A stretch of DNA of 63,877 nucleotides, counting the filler, from Octopus bimaculoides (Eukaryota), in NCBI RefSeq assembly GCF_001194135.2. It is 8 parts of 7 records of this genome, joined end to end, with 100 filler letters (N's around TTAATTAATTAA, not from the genome) between each part and the next. Parts side by side here need not be neighbours in the genome. Positions count along the whole stretch, not along the records: positions 48,228 to 62,148 come from NC_068990.1; positions 62,249 to 63,877 come from NC_069007.1; 6 more parts are not named here. The stretch is one strand, 5' to 3'. Shown here piece by piece: positions 61,556-63,877 of this stretch. Made by a program: the position numbers and the translations under genes. Position 1 is the stretch's first letter. Each line of letters begins with the position of its first letter. The notes under the pieces were generated by a model. That model did no database searches. It worked only from the letters and a program-made list of their open reading frames with translations, and was not told the origin of the DNA.

Positions 61556-61920
61556 TACAGGCATGGCGGGATCAGTCCTACTGCATAGCACCTTGGGCAA
61601 TTGTCGTGGACTATCGCCTCGGACCGACCAAAGCATTGTGAGTGGATTGGGTAGATGGAAACTGAAAGAAGCCCATCGTATATATGTCTATATGTGTGTG
61701 TGTATATATGAGTATTTGTATATGTTTGTGTGTCTGTCATTGTTCCCTCAACATCGCTTGACAACCGATGTGTTTATGTCTCCGTAAACTGGCAGTTTGG
61801 AAAAAGAGACCGATAAAAAAAGTAGTAGGCTTAGAAAGAATTTGACTTTAAGTCAAATTGCTCATCTAGAGCCAGTGCCACAGCATGGCCACAGTCAAAT
61901 GACTGAAGAAAGTGAAAGAA
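61556..61920 (+). mobile_element. SINE family B
   Basis: CACCTTGGGCAA...GACCGACCAAAGC.TTGTGAGTGGATT...GACTGAAGAAAGTGAAAGA; head partly deleted. Confidence 0.8.
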
Positions 61921-61974
61921 AAAATTTATATACATGTATGTATATACACATGATTGACCGTTGACTGAACACTA

Positions 61975-62148
61975 TTCAATTTTTTTTCTCCGTGTTTTTC
62001 TCCTTGTCTCCGTATTCTTTCTGTTGAAGAGCGTAGCTCGAAACGTCAAAGACTTTCCGTATTCCCGAGCGTCATACTAATATATACTTTTGTTATTTAC
62101 ACCACCTGTCCTCGTCTGTTGTTATTTTTTGTATATTCTCCTATATAT
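61975..62148 (+). mobile_element. Short repeat carrying a hammerhead-like motif
   Basis: Homologous to 29975-30076; continues ~75 bp further before the spacer. Confidence 0.8.
62016..62052 (+). ncRNA. Minimal type I hammerhead-like motif with CUGUUGA core and GUC triplet
   Basis: TCTTT-CTGTTGA-A-GAGC(gta)GCTC-GAAAC-GTC-AAAGA. Perfect 5-bp stem I, 4-bp stem II, palindromic ACGT stem III. Confidence 0.65.
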
Positions 62149-62248
62149 NNNNNNNNNNNNNNNNNNNNNNNNNNNNNNNNNNNNNNNNNNNNTTAATTAA
62201 TTAANNNNNNNNNNNNNNNNNNNNNNNNNNNNNNNNNNNNNNNNNNNN
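62149..62248. other. Artificial scaffold-join spacer
   Basis: 44N-TTAATTAATTAA-44N. Confidence 0.95.
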
Positions 62249-62538
62249 ATTTGAAAATGATACCAGGCCTACCATCCCTACAGGAAGTGCAAAAAATCGT
62301 GTTAACTGGAACGACTCATGTACTGAGAAGAGCATTATCGCTGTGAAAGCAACATCCATTCTTAAATTTATTTATTTATTAATTTTTTTTTACATACATA
62401 TTTTACCTGTGAATTTGCGTGTGTAAACTGGGAATGCATGCAATGAGCTTCTCTGCCCTTGGTGTACGGAAAACACTCGGCGAGAAATGGAAGAAANNNN
62501 NNNNNNNNNNNNNNNNNNNNNNNNNNNNNNNNNNNNNN

Positions 62539-62584
<46 letters not shown>

Positions 62585-62941
62585 TCAGGATTCCAGAAAG
62601 TAGTGGAGGAGCATCATAACCATGTTTTGAGAGGAAATCTTTTGAGTTTGGATAATTCATTCCTGGAAACATGGGTGTTTCGTTCAACATCTTTAAACAA
62701 CCTTTATTCAGGAACCTTTTCCGCGGGATGTGCTACTCAACCTGAAGAAAATTCTAACGGGGTCCCACCTGCAAGGTCGTGTGCTGTTTATCTTGATATA
62801 AGATCACCATGTCGCGCACACATGGTTGTGATGCATGTGCCTGGTGTACCTTTATCAGACGGGAAGTCATGATGGGTATACTGGGCTTCGTATATTTGTA
62901 CCCCTGTGTCACTTCGGTGGCATGCACTGCTCTCTTACTCA

Positions 62942-62999
<58 letters not shown>

Positions 63000-63050
63000 C
63001 AACAACAACAACAATAATAATAACATCAATAATAACAATAATAATAATAA
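62585..63050 (+). mobile_element. Repeat family C 3' part with (AAT)/(AAC) tail
   Basis: Reverse of 22937-23150, extended to TGCACTGCTCTCTTACTCAGTAATAATAAT. Confidence 0.8.
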
Positions 63051-63564
63051 TCCATGGACGGAATTTATAAATATTTAAATGCATCGTTACGCACGTATCC
63101 ACAAATCACAATTTTCTTCAGATCTTAAACATGTGGCTTGTTGAAACGCTCGTAGCGATGTATTAAAAAAATCTATGAATTCCATCCATGGATTATTATT
63201 ATCATTATTACTCTATACATAAATGTAGTTATATGCGCATGCACATATATGTATGTATGAATGTAGGTGTATGTTTAGGCAGTTGAGCCATAATCCCCGC
63301 TTGTAACATGTAATGTAGAACAAGTTCCATGGTCGAGTCATCCGTGACAAACCTTCGCAAAAATCCACACCAGCCTCCTGGCGGATTATCATTGCATGGG
63401 GGCCAACGCATATCTAGGCAATATCGTAGCGATTTAAAAATTCCGTATGTATGTATGTATGTATGTATGTATGTATGTATGTATGGTATATGTATATACA
63501 TACATATATGTGTATGTGTATGTGTGTGTTTTGTACGTATGTATGTACGGTATGTAAGTATTTT

Positions 63565-63800
63565 TTTTTTTACTTGTTTCAGTCACTGGACAGGGACCAT
63601 ACTGGGGCACCGCGTTAAAGCATTTTAGACGAACAAGTCGTACTTATTTTTTAAAATCTGATACTGATTCTATCGGTCGTTTTTGTCGAGCCGCTAAGTT
63701 ACGGGGTGGGGAGAGGGATATAAGTGGGATATAAACATAAGCAAGGCGACACCGGTCGCTAAGCTGTGGGAGTGGGGGTGGAAGAAACAGATAAGCACAT
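63565..63800 (-). mobile_element. SINE family B 3' part
   Basis: TTACTTGTTTCAGTCA.TGGAC...CTGGGGCACCGC...GCTAAGTTACGGGG. Confidence 0.75.
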
Positions 63801-63817
63801 ACATATACCTATGTGTG

Positions 63818-63855
<38 letters not shown>

Positions 63856-63877
63856 TGTAGGTATGTATGTATGTGTA

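Noticed and set aside
48228-62148. Downstream NDPK exons (HY..L...PFF, VWEG, HGSD motifs)
   Set aside because: Not found by eye on either strand; the scaffold carrying exon 1 ends at 48127.

Overview
Gene-poor, AT-rich, microsatellite-saturated animal genomic DNA with many N gaps. The repeat inventory (several tRNA-headed SINE families, RTE, Tx1 and R4 LINEs, Penelope-like elements, mariner and hAT relics, very long compound micro-satellites) points to a coleoid cephalopod, most likely Octopus; this is inferred from recalled repeat families, not checked. Seven identical 100-bp spacers (44 N + TTAATTAATTAA + 44 N) split the window into eight joined scaffolds, so contiguity across them cannot be assumed. 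Only one host gene piece is recognisable: the first coding exon (47125-47301, +) of a group I nucleoside diphosphate kinase with an NME3-like hydrophobic N-terminal extension. Almost all ORFs in the supplied track are artefacts of microsatellites and N runs. The most interesting signal is a set of minimal type I hammerhead ribozyme (HHR) motifs. One sits at the 3' end of an element that begins with a tRNA-like Pol III head (23518-23832), suggesting a ribozyme-carrying, possibly Penelope-mobilised SINE. Two copies of another short repeat share a non-canonical CUGUUGA core (30025, 62016). A decayed HHR lies about 190 nt downstream of an open Penelope GIY-YIG frame (16566-17150). Family letters A-G are my own working labels. 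Repeat boundaries were read by eye and are approximate to about 10-20 bp.
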